A stretch of 64,000 bases of DNA from Macrostomum lignano (taxonomy: Eukaryota): positions 11,045 to 75,044 of the forward strand of contig NIVC01001031.1 of assembly GCA_002269645.1 (NCBI GenBank). The letters run 5' to 3'. The notes under the pieces were generated by a model. That model saw nothing but the letters and a program-made list of their open reading frames with translations. It ran no database searches and was not told the origin of the DNA. The translations under genes and the position numbers were made by a program. This document shows, in pieces, positions 1 through 13,200 of the stretch; within the stretch, counting starts at the first letter, position 1, and each line of letters starts with the position of its first letter.

Positions 1-1845
1 CTGACAGTAGCTTCATCTATAGATCTGACAGCAGCTACACCTATAGATCTGACAGTAGCTTCATCTATAGATCTGACAGTAGCTTCATCTATAGATCTGG
101 CAGTAGCTTCATCTATAGATCTGACAGTAGCTTCATCTATAGATCTGGAAGTAGCTTCATCTATAGATCTGACAGTAGCTTCATCTATAGATCTGGCAGT
201 AGCTTCATCTATAGATCTGACAGTAGCTTCATCTATAGATCTGGCAGCAGCTACACCTATAGATCTGGCAGTAGCTTCATCTATAGATCTGACAGTAGCT
301 TCATCTATAGATCTGGCAGCAGCTACACCTATAGATCTGGCAGTAGCTTCATCTCTAGATCTGACAGTAGCTTCATCTATAGATCTGGCAGCAGCTACAC
401 CTATAGATCTGGCAGTAGCTTCATCTATAGATCTGACAGTAGCTTCATCTATAGATCTGACAGTAGCTTCATCTATAGATCTGACAGTAGCTTCATCTAT
501 AGATCTGACAGTAGCTTCATCTATAGATCTGACAGTAGCTTCATCTATAGATCTGACAGTAGCTTCATCTATAGATCTGACAGTAGCTTCATCTATAGAT
601 CTGACAGCAGCTACATCTATAGATCTGACAGTAGCTTCATCTATAGATCTGGCAGTAGCTTCATCTATAGATCTGACAGTAGCTTCATCTTTAGATCTGG
701 CAGCAGCTACACCTATAGATCTGGCAGTAGCTTCATCTATAGATCTGACAGTAGCTTCATCTATAGATCTGGCAGCAGCTACACCTATAGATCTGGCAGT
801 AGCTTCATCTCTAGATCTGACAGTAGCTTCATCTATAGATCTGGCAGCAGCTACACCTATAGATCTGGCAGTAGCTTCATCTATAGATCTGACAGTAGCT
901 TCATCTATAGATCTGACAGTAGCTTCATCTATAGATCTGACAGTAGCTTTATCTGTAGATCTGACAGTAGCTTCATATATAGATCTGGCAGCAGCTACAC
1001 CTATAGATCTGACAGTAGCTTCATCTATAGATCTGACAGTAGCTTCATCTATAGATCTGGCAGTAGCTTCATCTATAGATCTGACAGTAGCTTCATCTAT
1101 AGATCTGACAGTAGCTTCATCTATAGATCTGACAGTAGCTTCATCTATAGATCTGGCAGTAGCTTCATCTATAGATCTGACAGTAGCTTCATCTATAGAT
1201 CTGACAGTAGCTTCATCTATAGATCTGACAGTAGCTTCATCTATAGATCTGACAGTAGCTTCATCTATAGATCTGACAGTAGCTTCATCTATAGATCTGA
1301 CAGTAGCTTCATCTATAGATCTGACAGTAGCTTCATCTATAGATCTGGCAGTAGCTTCATCTATAGATCTGACAGTAGCTTCATCTATAGATCTGACAGT
1401 AGCTTCATCTATAGATCTGACAGTAGCTTCATCTATAGATCTGACAGTAGCTTCATCTATAGATCTGACAGCAGCTACATCTATAGATCTGACAGTAGCT
1501 TCATCTATAGATCTGGCAGTAGCTTCATCTATAGATCTGACAGTAGCTTCATCTATAGATCTGGCAGCAGCTACACCTATAGATCTGGCAGTAGCTTCAT
1601 CTATAGATCTGACAGTAGCTTCATCTATAAATCTGGCAGCAGCTACACCTATAGATCTGGCAGTAGCTTCATCTCTAGATCTGACAGTAGCTTCATCTAT
1701 AGATCTGGCAGCAGCTACACCTATAGATCTGGCAGTAGCTTCGTCTATAGATCTGACAGTAGCTTCATCTATAGATCTGACAGTAGCTTCATCTATAGAT
1801 CTGACAGTAGCTTCATCTATAGATCTGACAGCAGCTACATCTATA
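1..1845. repeat. 24-bp minisatellite (CTGACAGTAGCTTCATCTATAGAT and variants)
   Basis: Unit repeated from position 1; contains palindrome ATCTATAGAT. Confidence 0.97.
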
Positions 1846-2102
1846 GGAGCAGGCAGGGCGGGCAGCGGGAGCGCTAGACAGCCTAGCCGGGATATAAAAG
1901 TCGATATTTCTTCTCTCATCAAAGGATGAAGTTTACAGAATAGCATACAGAGGAGGAAGGCCCAATGCCGGCTGAGAGCTCTCGGGCGAGTGTAGTGCCT
2001 GCATGGTTGGCGATATTGACTGTGTACTGGGCCAGCCGCGAGCTTGTGACTGCATACAGATGTGCCGCATCTCTGATCTCTCTGATCTCTCTGATCTCTC
2101 TG
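1846..2102. repeat. ~257-bp segment duplicated at 3113-3369
   Basis: Near-identical sequence at offset 1267. Confidence 0.93.
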
Positions 2103-2672
2103 ACAGTAGCTTCATCTATAGATCTGACAGTAGCTTCATCTATAGATCTGACAGCAGCTACATCTATAGATCTGACAGTAGCTTCATCTATAGATCTGGC
2201 AGCAGCTACACCTATAGATCTGGCAGCAGCTACACCTATAGATCTGGCAGCAGCTACACCTATAGATCTGGCAGCAGCTACACCTATAGATCTGGCAGCA
2301 GCTACACCTATAGATCTGGCAGCAGCTACACCTATAGGTCTGGCAGCAGCTACACCTATAGATCTGGCAGCAGCTACACCTATAGATCTGGCAGTAGCTT
2401 CATCTATAGATCTGACAGTAGCTTCATCTATAGATCTGACAGTAGCTTCATCTATAGATCTGACAGTAGCTTCATCTATAGATCTGACAGCAGCTACATC
2501 TATAGATCTGACAGTAGCTTCATCTATAGATCTGGCAGCAGCTACACCTATAGATCTGGCAGCAGCTACACCTATAGATCTGGCAGCAGCTACACCTATA
2601 GATCTGGCAGCAGCTACACCTATAGATCTGGCAGCAGCTACACCTATAGATCTGGCAGCAGCTACACCTGTA
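2098..2672. repeat. 24-bp minisatellite, second block
   Basis: Same unit as 1-1845. Confidence 0.97.
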
Positions 2673-3335
2673 GGTCTGGGTCCTTGGTCTCGCAGTCCTC
2701 ATTGTTTCTCTGGCTAGTTTATGACATGATTCACGTTAACCTTGGATTAGAAAATTTCTAGGACATATTTCTCGGTGTAATAGTTACCCTTTGAAGTCTT
2801 GTAGCAAAGTTCTTTACTCTTTTGCGTCTCGCAAATTCTTAGTTCTGAGTTCAAATCTCGATTGATTTCTTAATCATATACAGAAGATTCTAGCTGAATT
2901 TTGCCTGAGTTTAGCAATGCTCATCGCCTCCCAAAGCATCTGATTGATACTCAAAGACCACGAAACATCCGCAATCCATATACTAAAAATCAATGACTAA
3001 AAACCGGAGTCGCCGTCCACTTCGTGTTTCTTTCTGCTTTTTCGAGCAGTTTTCCTAAGTTGCAGAGAAATTAGGCTTGAAGAGGCACAGCGCGAGGATT
3101 CGAACTGAAGGGGGAGCAGGCAGGGCGGGCAGCGGGAGCGCTAGACAGCCTAGCCGGGATATAAAAGTCGATATTTCTTCTCTCATCAAAGGATGAAGTT
3201 TACAGAATAGCATACAGAGGAGGAAGGCCCAATGCCGGCTGAGAGCTCTCGGGCGAGTGTAGTGCCTGCATGGTTGGCGATTTTGACTGTGTACTGGGCC
3301 AGCCGCGAGCTTGTGACTGCATACAGATGTGCCGC

Positions 3336-4244
3336 ATCTCTGATCTCTCTGATCTCTCTGATCTCTCTGATCTCTCTGATTTCTCTGATGTCTCTGATCT
3401 CTCTGATGTCTCTGATCTCTCTGATCTCTCTGATCTCTCTGATTTCTCTGATCTCTCTGATCTCTCTGATCTCTCTGATTTCTCTGATGTCTCTGATCTC
3501 TCTCTGATCTCTCTGATCTCTCTGATCTCTCTGATCTCTCTGATCTCTCTGATCTCTCAATGATCTCTCTGATCTCTCTGATCTCTCTGATCTCTCTGAT
3601 CTCTCTGATCTCTCAATGATCTCTCTGATCTCTCTGATTTCTCTGATGTCTCTGATCTCTCTCTGATCTCTCTGATCTCTCTGATCTCTCTGATCTCTCT
3701 GATCTCTCAATGATCTCTCTGATCTCTCTGATTTCTCTGATGTCTCTGATCTCTCTCTGATTTCTCTGATGTCTCTGATCTCTCTGATCTCTCTGATCTC
3801 TCCCTGATCTCTCTGATCTCTCTCTGATCTCTCTGATCTCTCTGATCTCTCAATGATCTCTCTGATCTCTCTGATCTCTCGATGATCTCTCTATGATCTC
3901 TCTGATCTCTCTGATCTCTCTCTGATCCCTCTCTGATCTCTCTCTGATCTTTATCTGATCTCTCTCTGATCTCTCTCTGATCTCTCGATGATCTCTCTAT
4001 GATCTCTCTGATCTCTCTGATCTCTCTGATCTCTCTCTGATCCCTCTCTGATCTCTCTCTGATCTTTATCTGATCTCTCTCTGATCTCTCTGATCTCTCT
4101 GATCTCTTTCTGATACCTCTGATCTCTCTGAGATCTCTCTGAGATCTCTCTGATCTCTCGCTGATTTCTCTCTGATCTCTCTGATCTCTCTGATCTCTCT
4201 GATCTCTCTCTAATCTCTCTGATGTCTCTCTCTGATCTCTCTCT
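3336..4244. repeat. 9-bp repeat array (TCTCTGATC)n
   Basis: Direct reading. Confidence 0.96.
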
Positions 4245-4835
4245 AATTAAGTTAAGAATCCCTTTTCGTGCCAGATCTAGCCGATGAACTATTTCCAACT
4301 CACTTTTATCTAGCAACCCTTTTTCTTTTGAAGCTTTTCTCCCGAAACCCGATACTCACGCTCCCCTTGCTCCTCATCTCAACCCTCACGGATACAAAGG
4401 CATCCAAGGTTTCTCCCAGTCTGAACAAAGTCGCATCGTTTTGTGCCGCATTCGTTCGCCGCTCCCATTGGGAGACACTGCATCGGAGAAAAGTGCAAGA
4501 ATATTAACATTCCCAAAACACACACAGGAAGTCCAGTTTCGACATTTGATGAACTTTTTTCCCCTACTCAGTTGGATGTGTGGTTGACAGCCAATTAGAA
4601 ATTGGGGCCACTTCCTCGTGGCTAAATGTTTTCATGGAAACTGGATGGTTTAAAGATAACAATTATCCTGCTTACATACACTACGGTGAAATTGCTCCAC
4701 AAATTGGGGTCCGGTTTGTGGGCTCATGATGAAGTTTAACTTTTTTTAATTTATTGCCCAATTGTGGTTTTCCGAGTAGATGGCTGTTGTGAGAATGATG
4801 AGAGCGAATGAAGAGCGTTAGAGACAGTGCGGGAC

Positions 4836-5359
4836 ATGGTGGGCAGGGAGATGGTGGGCAGGGAGATGGTGGGCAGGGAGATGGTGGGCAGGGAGATGGT
4901 GGGCAGGGAGATGGTGGGCAGGGAGATGGTGGGCAGGGAGATGGTGGGCAGGGAGATGGTGGGCAGGGAGATGGTGGGCAGGGAGATGGTGGGCAGGGAG
5001 ATGGTGGGCAGGGAGATGGTGGGCAGGGAGATGGTGGGCAGGGAGATGGTGGGCAGGGAGATGGTGGGCAGGGAGATGGTGGGCAGGGAGATGGTGGGCA
5101 GGGAGATGGTGGGCAGGGAGATGGTGGGCAGGGAGATGGTGGGCAGGGAGATGGTGGGCAGGGAGATGGTGGGCAGGGAGATGGTGGGCAGGGAGATGGT
5201 GGGCAGGGAGATGGTGGGCAGGGAGATGGTGGGCAGGGAGATGGTGGGCAGGGAGATGGTGGGCAGGGAGATGGTGGGCAGGGAGATGGTGGGCAGGGAG
5301 ATGGTGGGCAGGGAGATGGTGGGCAGGGAGATGGTGGGCAGGGAGATGGTGGGCAGGGA
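4836..5359. repeat. 15-bp G-rich minisatellite (ATGGTGGGCAGGGAG), ~35 copies
   Basis: Direct reading; homogeneous units. Confidence 0.97.
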
Positions 5360-5360
5360 A

Positions 5361-6078
5361 AAACACACAGGGGGAGACACACAGGGGGAGACACACAGGG
5401 GGAGACACACAGGGGGAGACACACAGGGGGAGACACACAGGGGGAGACACACAGGGGGAGACACACAGGGGGAGAAACACACAGGGGGAGACACACAGGG
5501 GGAGACACACAGGGGGAGACACACAGGGGAGACACACAGGGGGAGACAGACAGGGTGAGACACACAGGGGGAGACACACAGGGAGAGACAGGCAAACAGG
5601 GGAGACAGACAGGGAGAGACACACAGGGGGAGACACACAGGGGGAGACACACAGGGAGAGACAGACAGGGAGAGACACACAGGGGGAGACACACAGGGAG
5701 AGACAGGCAAACAGGGGAGACAGACAGGGAGAGACACACAGGGGGAGACACACAGGGGGAGACACACAGGGGAGACAGACAGGGAGAGACACACAGGGGG
5801 AGACACACAGGGAGAGACAGGCAAACAGGGGAGACAGACAGGGAGAGACACACAGGGGGAGACACACAGGGGGAGACACACAGGGGGAGACAGACAGGGA
5901 GAGACACACAGGGGGAGACACACAGGGGGAGACACACAGGGAGAGACACACAGGGGGAGACACACAGGGGAGACACACAGGGAGAGACAGGCAAACAGGG
6001 GAGACAGACAGGGAGAGACACACAGGGGGAGACACACAGGGAGAGACACACAGGGGGAGACACACAGGGAGAGACAGG
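5361..6078. repeat. compound ~14-bp repeat (CACACAGGGGGAGA and variants)
   Basis: Direct reading. Confidence 0.93.
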
Positions 6079-6669
6079 AAGAAACAAACGGACAAATCCG
6101 GTCAATAAACAGCTGAAAGAAGCAAATCGAACTCGAGTCCTTCACAGTATAATGAAGTGTCTCAGCTGAAGTTGCCACGGCAACTATCTAGGACAAGTAC
6201 GCTCGAATGTGTAGTAGCATAGGGCCATTAAAGAGTTGGGTGCACTTTCCAGATCTCAGCGCGGAGGAGATGATGAGATGGTAGCTAGTGGCCAGCTACT
6301 AAAATGATGGATGAATTGATGGTACTGAGTAGCGGCCTCATTGAGCTGAGAGATCGGCGAATCAAATTACCATCGACTGGATGCGGGGCGGGTCGAGTAC
6401 TCTCAAGTTTGCTGGCGAGTTTCGAACGCGATTTCGCGTCACGTGACTGAGCTCGCTTGAAGGTCAAAGGCAGCCTGAAAAAACAGCAAATTTGCACTGA
6501 TTTGATAAGCACAGGAATTGGGAAAAACTTTTTTGGTTGTAAACTTCGAGTTAGGATGAATAGACTGTTTTATTGATACAATTTATGACCCACTCTTACA
6601 GCCCACTGATGTACTTTAGTTCCGACTGATTTGGTCATTTGTTATTTTAGTTTAATAATTCACTAATTT

Positions 6670-7015
6670 ATGACCAACTTTGTGACCAAGTTTGTGACCA
6701 AGTTTGTGACCTACTTTGTGACCAAGTCTGTGATCAAGTTTGTGCCCTACTTTGTGACCTACTTTGTGACCCACTTTGTGACTTACTTTTTGACCCACTT
6801 TGTGACCTACTTTGTGACCCACTTTGTGACTTACTTTGTGACCAAGTTTGTGACCAAGTTTGTGAACCACTTTTGGACCTACTTCTTGACCTACGTAGTG
6901 ACCCACTTTGTGACCTACTTTGTGACCCACTTTGTGACCTACTTTGTGACCAAGTTTGTGACCTACTTTGTGACCCACTTTTTGACCTACTTTTTGACCT
7001 ACGTAGTGACCAAAC
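6670..7015. repeat. 12-bp minisatellite (TTTGTGACCAAG/CTAC)
   Basis: Direct reading; ends just before the 7039 acceptor. Confidence 0.93.
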
Positions 7016-7038
7016 TATTTCACTCACTCCCGCCGCAG

Positions 7039-7257
7039 TCACCTGCCAGCCGTCCACAGACTGCAGCGGTCACGGCCAGTGCCAGGCCGGCAGGTGCCGC
7101 TGCTTCTCCGGCTTCAGCGGCCCGGCCTGTGAGCGTCGCGAGGCCGCCTGCGAGCAGCCCAGGCCGCTGCTGCCCTGCTCCGGGCGGGGCCGGCTGCGGC
7201 TGGATGGCCGGTCCTGCGACTGCGACTCCGGTTACCATGGCAACCTGTGCCAGTTTG
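7039..7257 (+). CDS. Ten-m: Teneurin exon: two EGF repeats (second has 5 Cys)
   Basis: ccgcag| ... |gtgagt; VTCQPSTDCSGHGQC...GNLCQF; phase 1-1. Confidence 0.92.
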
Positions 7258-10200
7258 GTGAGTAAAAAATTGTGAAAAAAAACCTCTCGTGGGATAGCTT
7301 GGGTGGAGAGCTTCTCCTCTTTACCTCCCTCTCCACTCTACGAGCTACCTATCTCTCCCCACTGCATCCCTCTCCCCTCTACCTACCTCTCCCCTCTGCC
7401 TCCCTCTCCCCTCTGCCTCCCTCTCCCCTGTGCCTCCCTCTCACCTCTGCCTCCCTCTCTCCTGTGCCTCCCTCTCCCCTGTGCCTCCCTCTTCCCTGTG
7501 CCTCCCTCTCTCCTGTGCCTCCCTCTCCCCTGTGCCTCCCTCTCCCCTCTGCCTCCCTTTCCCCTGTGCCTCCCTCTCCCCTGTGCCTCCCTCTCCCCTC
7601 TGCCTCCCTCTTTCCTGTGCCTCCCTCTCCCCTCTGCCTCCCTCTCCCATGTGCCTCCCTCTCCCCTGTGCCTCCCTCTCCCCTGTGCATCCCTCTCCCC
7701 TGTGCCTCCCTCTCCCCTGTGCCTCCCTCTCCCCTGTGCATCCCTCTCCCCTGTGCCTCCCTCTCCCCTCTGCCTCCCTCTTCCCTGTGCCTCCCTCTCC
7801 CCTCTGCCTCCCTCTCCCATGTGCCTCCCTCTCCCCTGTGCCTCCCTCTCCCCTGTGCATCCCTCTCCCCTGTGCCTCCCTCTCCCCTGTGCCTCCCTCT
7901 TCCCTCTACCTCCCTCTCCCCTCTACCTCTCTCTCCCCTTTACCTACTTGTCCCCTCTACCTCCCTCTCCCCTGTGCCTCCCTCTCCCCTGTGCCTCCCT
8001 CTTCCCTCTACCTCCCTCTCCCCTCTACCTCCCTCTCCCCTCTACCTCTCTTTCCCCTTTACCTACTTGTCCCCTCTACCTCCCTCTCCCCTGTGCCTCC
8101 CTCTCCCCTGTGCCTACCTCTTCCCTCTACCTCCCTCTCCCCTCTACCTCTCTCTCCCCTTTACCTACGAGTACTTGTCCCCTCTGCCTCCCTCTCTCCT
8201 ATGCCTCCCCTCTCCCCTCTGCTTTTGGTCTAACTGTTTCTTTCCCCTTTCCCTCTATCTCTACACTGCCATCTTCAGACCTTGTAACCAACCTCGCCGC
8301 CCATCTCAACCATCACAACAGAAACTTGCCTGTTCCCCTGCGACAACGGCGTCTGCAGCAACGGCACCTGCCAGTGCTACCCTGGCTGGTCCGGCCTTCG
8401 CTGCCATCTGCGCCAGTGCGACTCGCGCTGCAAACGCAACGGCGCCTGCGTCAATGGGACCTGCGCCTGCAACAGAGGCTGGAATGGGCCCAGCTGCACT
8501 CTGGGTGAGTCTGGAATGGGCCCAGCTGCACTCTGGGTGAGTCTGGCGCCTGCAACAGAGGCTGGAATGGGCCCAGCTGCACTCTGGGTGAGTCTGGCGC
8601 CTGCAACAGAGGCTGAAATGGGCCCAGCTGCACTCTGGGTGAGTCTGGAATGGGCCCAGCTGCACTCTGGGTGAGTCTGGCGCCTGCAACAGAGGCTGGA
8701 ATGGGCCCAGCTGCACTCTGGGTGAGTCTGGCGCCTGCAACAGAGGCTGAAATGGGCCCAGCTGCACTCTGGGTGAGTCTGGAATGGGCCCAGCTGCACT
8801 CTGGGTGAGTCTGGCGCCTGCAACAGAGGCTGGAATGGGCCCAGCTGCACTCTGGGTGAGTCTGGCGCCTGCAACAGAGGCTGGAATGGGCCCAGCTGCA
8901 CTCTGGGTGAGTCTGGCGCCTGCAACAGAGGCTGGAATGGGCCCAGCTGCACTCTGGGTGAGTCTGGCGAGCGCTTTGGTTGGAGGCTATTAGGCGATTT
9001 TAGTTGAGTTCAGGTGAGTGTAGGTAAAGTTAAGCGTTTATTTAGGTGATTTCAGGCGCGTTTAGGTAGGTTTAGAAGAATTTAGGTGAAATCAGGTGTG
9101 TTTAGGTGAATTAGACAATTTAGGTGATTTTAGGTGAGTTTGGGTAATTTTTTAAATGAATTTAGCCGAATTTATGTAATTTCAGCTGAGTTTAAGCGAG
9201 CTTTACTAAATTTAGATTAGTTTTTAGTAAGTAAGTAGGCTTAGGCAAGTTTAGTTGGAGCTTAGGCGAGTTTATTTTAGTATTTTTAGATTATTTTAGG
9301 TTAGTTCCGTTTGAGTTCATATGAAATTAGGTTGGTTTCGGTAGAGTTTAGATGATTTCAGGTTGGTTTCGGTAGAGTTTAGATGATTTCAGGTTGGTTT
9401 CGGTTGAGTTTAGATGATTTTAGGTTGTTTTCGGTAGAGTTTAGATGATTTTAGGTTAGAGTTTAGATGATTTCAGGTTGTTTTCGGTAGAGGTGGATTT
9501 AGGTCAGTTTAAAAGCAAGTGAGTTGCGATGAGACATTGCAAAGTAATCGACAATAACAGGTAAATGTGTGTGTGTGTCAATGAGCTTTAACAAGAAGGA
9601 AACGAAGCAATTATTCGCAACTCAGTGCGCCCATTAAAGAGTTCAACAATTCAAAGGACACAGTAATTCTTCCAATTTGCTTTGCTCAGAATTTCATAAA
9701 CACTTCAAGGCAACAACAGTAAAGCTACACCAGTGTACGAGAGCTCCTGTCTTTAGCAGAGACTACTGAGTCAGCTCAGTTCAATTCCCAGATGTCTTCC
9801 TCTATTTCTGTGCCTATGCAGCCCTAACTTCTTTGCATAGAGGCATTCTTGAAGGCTTTGCTATACGCTTGAATGAGCTCTGGGCAAAATATTGGGCGGG
9901 GCAGAGTCTTCTGCGCACTGCTCACTGAGTTTGGCAGACTCCTCTGCATTGTCTGACTAGCACTGAGATGCTGCTTGCCTGTCTTCTCTGCCCTGATGCG
10001 GGTATCGCCTCTGTTTATTAATGTTCTCTGCTTTGGGCATGCTGTTGCACTCAGCTCTTCCTCTCTCTGCCCATCTCTCCCCATCTCTCCCCTTCTCTCC
10101 CCTTCTCTCCTCTTCTATCCCCTTCTCTCCCCATCTCTCCCCTTCTCTAGCCATCTCTCCCCTTCTCTCACCATCTCTCTCCATCTCTCCCCATCTCTCC

Positions 10201-13200
10201 CCTTCTCTCTCCATCTCTCCCCATCTCTCCCCTTCTCTCCCCATCTCTCCCCTTCTCTCCCCATCTCTTCCCTTCTCTCACCATCTCTCCCCATCTCTCC
10301 CCTTCTCTCCCCATCTCTCCTCTTCTATCCCCTTCTCTCCCCATCTCTCCCCTTCTCTAGCCATCTCTCCCCTTCTCTCACCATCTCTCTCCATCTCTCC
10401 CCATCTCTCCCCTTCTCTCCCCATCTCTCCCCTTCTCTCACCATCTCTCCCCATCTCTCCCCTTCTCTCCCCATCTCTCCCCATCTCTCCCCTTCTCTCC
10501 CCATCTCTTCCCTTCTCTCACCATCTCTCCCCATCTCTCCCCTTCTCTCCCCATCTCTCCCCATCTCTCCCCTTCTCTCCCCATCTCTCCCCTTCTCTCT
10601 CCATCTCTCCCCATCTCTCCCCTTCTCTCCCCATCTCTCCCCTTCTCTCACCATCTCTCCCCATCTCTCCCCTTCTCTCCCCATCTCTCCCCATCTCTCC
10701 CCTTCTCTCCCCATCTCTTCCCTTCTCTCTCCCCTTCTCTCCCCTTCTCTCCTCATCTCTCCCCTTCTCTAGCCATCTCTCCCCTTCTCTCACCATCTCT
10801 CACCATCTCTCCCCTTCTCTCCCCTTCTCTCCCCTTCTCTCCCCTTCTCTCACCATCTCTCACCATCTCTCCCCTTCTCTCCCCTTCTCTAGCCATCTCC
10901 CCTTCTCTCCCCATCTCTCCTATTCTCTCACCACCTCTCTCAATCTCACCCCATCACTCCCCATCACTCCCCCTCTCATCCCATCAATCCTCATCACTCC
11001 CCATCTCCCCTTCCCCTCTACACCATGAGAGGTTATTTTTCCCTCTCATTCCCTTTTGTACCTACGGCAGCCTCGAATCAGTGCTATAGAAATAAAACAA
11101 ACAGACATTTTGCTTTCAATACGGAAATCCAATGCTTTAAAACCTACCACTTATCAGTAGAATCTGATTAAAAAAAACAAACCTAAAAGACAGTTTAGGT
11201 CTTTAACAATCAGGATCAGGATTTCTCTGGGGCATGCGCTTCTCAAAGCAATATTTTTAAGTAGCTGTAGCGTGTATGGTAACAAAATCGATTACTGCAT
11301 CGCATTGATCAGCATCGGATGAGAGCGCTAAAGGATTCTGGGGCGTCAGGGAATATTCCTAATCACGCTTGGTTGCCAGCAGATAAAAGATAAAAAAGGT
11401 TTCCCGCTACACCTGGATTAGCTAGTCATAAAACGCCCCAAGCTATTGCATCCTCACAAAGGATCCGGGAAGCCTAGCGGCTCTAGTGAGAACTGGCAGG
11501 GTTGGGTGATTTTGGCGGGAACGATTTCCTAATAATTTGTAATTTATGATTCACCAGATGGTACACAACGCAGAGGGATCTTCGTTATTATTTGTCGCTA
11601 ATAGAGCCGTTAGTCGAAAAGCAGCCACTCACTCACACACACGGATGTGTACGCATGTACACACGCTCCGTGCGTATAAGGATTGACACAAAAATGGCAC
11701 AAAACTGCCACAAATTGTCACTGGGCAGTCAAATTGTCACTGAGTAGTCAAATTGTCACTGAGTAGTCAAATTGTCACTGAGTAGTCAAATTGTCACTGA
11801 GTAGTCAAATTGTCACTGAGTAGTCAAATTGTCACTGAGTAGTCAAATTGTCACTGAGTAGTCAAATTGTCACTGAGTAGTCAAATTGTCACTAAGTAGT
11901 CAAATTGTCACTGAGTAGTCAAATTGTCACTGAGTAGTCAAATTGTCACTGAGTAGTCAAATTGTCACTGAGTAGTCAAATTGTCACTGAGTAGTCAAAT
12001 TGTCACTGAGTAGTCAAATTGTCACTGAGTAGTCAAATTGTCACTGAGTAGTCAAATTGTCACTGAGTAGTCAAATTGTCACTGAGTAGTCAAATTGTCA
12101 CTGGGAAGGCAAATTGTCACTGGACACTCAAATTGTCACTGGACACGCAAATTGTCACTGGTCTGATTTAATCCGCAGACGGCTGCCCCAACGGCTGCAA
12201 TAATCGAGGCAATTGCGAACGGAGCGGACCGAATGGCGACTGGCACTGCGTGTGCGTTGGCGGCGGCAAGTGGAGGGGCTCCGCCTGTCAGTTCCCTGTG
12301 GAGGGCGACTGCAACGACGGAGTGGACAACGACGGAGGTGAGATCGGTGCCAAGGCTTTGGAGTGTCAGATATGGCTGACTTTGCGATGTCAGGTGTTGC
12401 CGTTGTGAGTCAGGTGATGCTGTTTTGAGTCAGGTGATGCTGTTGTGAGTCAGGTGATGCTGTTTTGAGTCAGGTGATGCTGTTGTGAGTCAGGTTATGC
12501 TGTTGTGAGTCAGGTGATGCTGCTGTGAGTCAGGTGATGCTGTAGTGAGTCAGGTGTCGTTGTGAGCCAGTTGTGATAATAGTCAAATAGTCAACTGTTT
12601 TCAATTTAGTAGCCAAGCTCTCAAGACGCATTTCCGCTATCATCTCGCAGACGGCTTGATCGATTGCAACGACCCAGACTGCTGTCAGCAGCCGGCCTGC
12701 CGATCCGGCGACAGCTGCATCTCCGGCACCAATCCGCGCCAGGTGCTGCTGTCGGAGCCGCCGCTGCCTCTAGTCAGCAGTTTCGAGCGTCGGGTGAAAT
12801 TTCTCATCGGCAAGGAAAGCGTGCAATTGTTCGCCAGCATTAGCTTCGATCCCAAGTAAGCTTTTCTATTTTAGTAGGTTGAGCTCCTGGTATTAAAGTA
12901 GGTGTCCTGACACTAAAGTAGACGTCCTGACACTCAATTAGATGTCCTGACACTCAATAATACGTCTTGACACTTAAGTAGACGTCCTGACACTCAGTTA
13001 GACGTCCTGACACTCAATTAGACGTCCTGACACTCAATTAGACGTTCTGACATACAATTAGACGTTCTGACACTCAAGTAGACGTTTAGACACTCAATTA
13101 GATATCCCGACGCTTAAATAAGGTATCTTGACACTCGAGTTGTCGATCTTACTCTTTAGTATTCATCCTGACACACAATCAAGCAATCAAATAAACTTCC

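Noticed and set aside
3095-3165. Pol III B box (GTTCGAATCC, minus strand)
   Set aside because: No convincing A box or cloverleaf
1933-6178. Long ORFs such as YRSGSS, ISLISL, GDGGQ, PPSPC
   Set aside because: Translations of simple repeats, open in several frames, with no splice or start context
4250-6660. Missing 5' teneurin exons (TM domain, EGF1-3)
   Set aside because: No matching frames found in the unique stretches; probably upstream of the window
7272-11028. Pro/Ser/Leu-rich and Gly/Glu/Arg-rich ORFs
   Set aside because: CT-rich intronic repeats of teneurin
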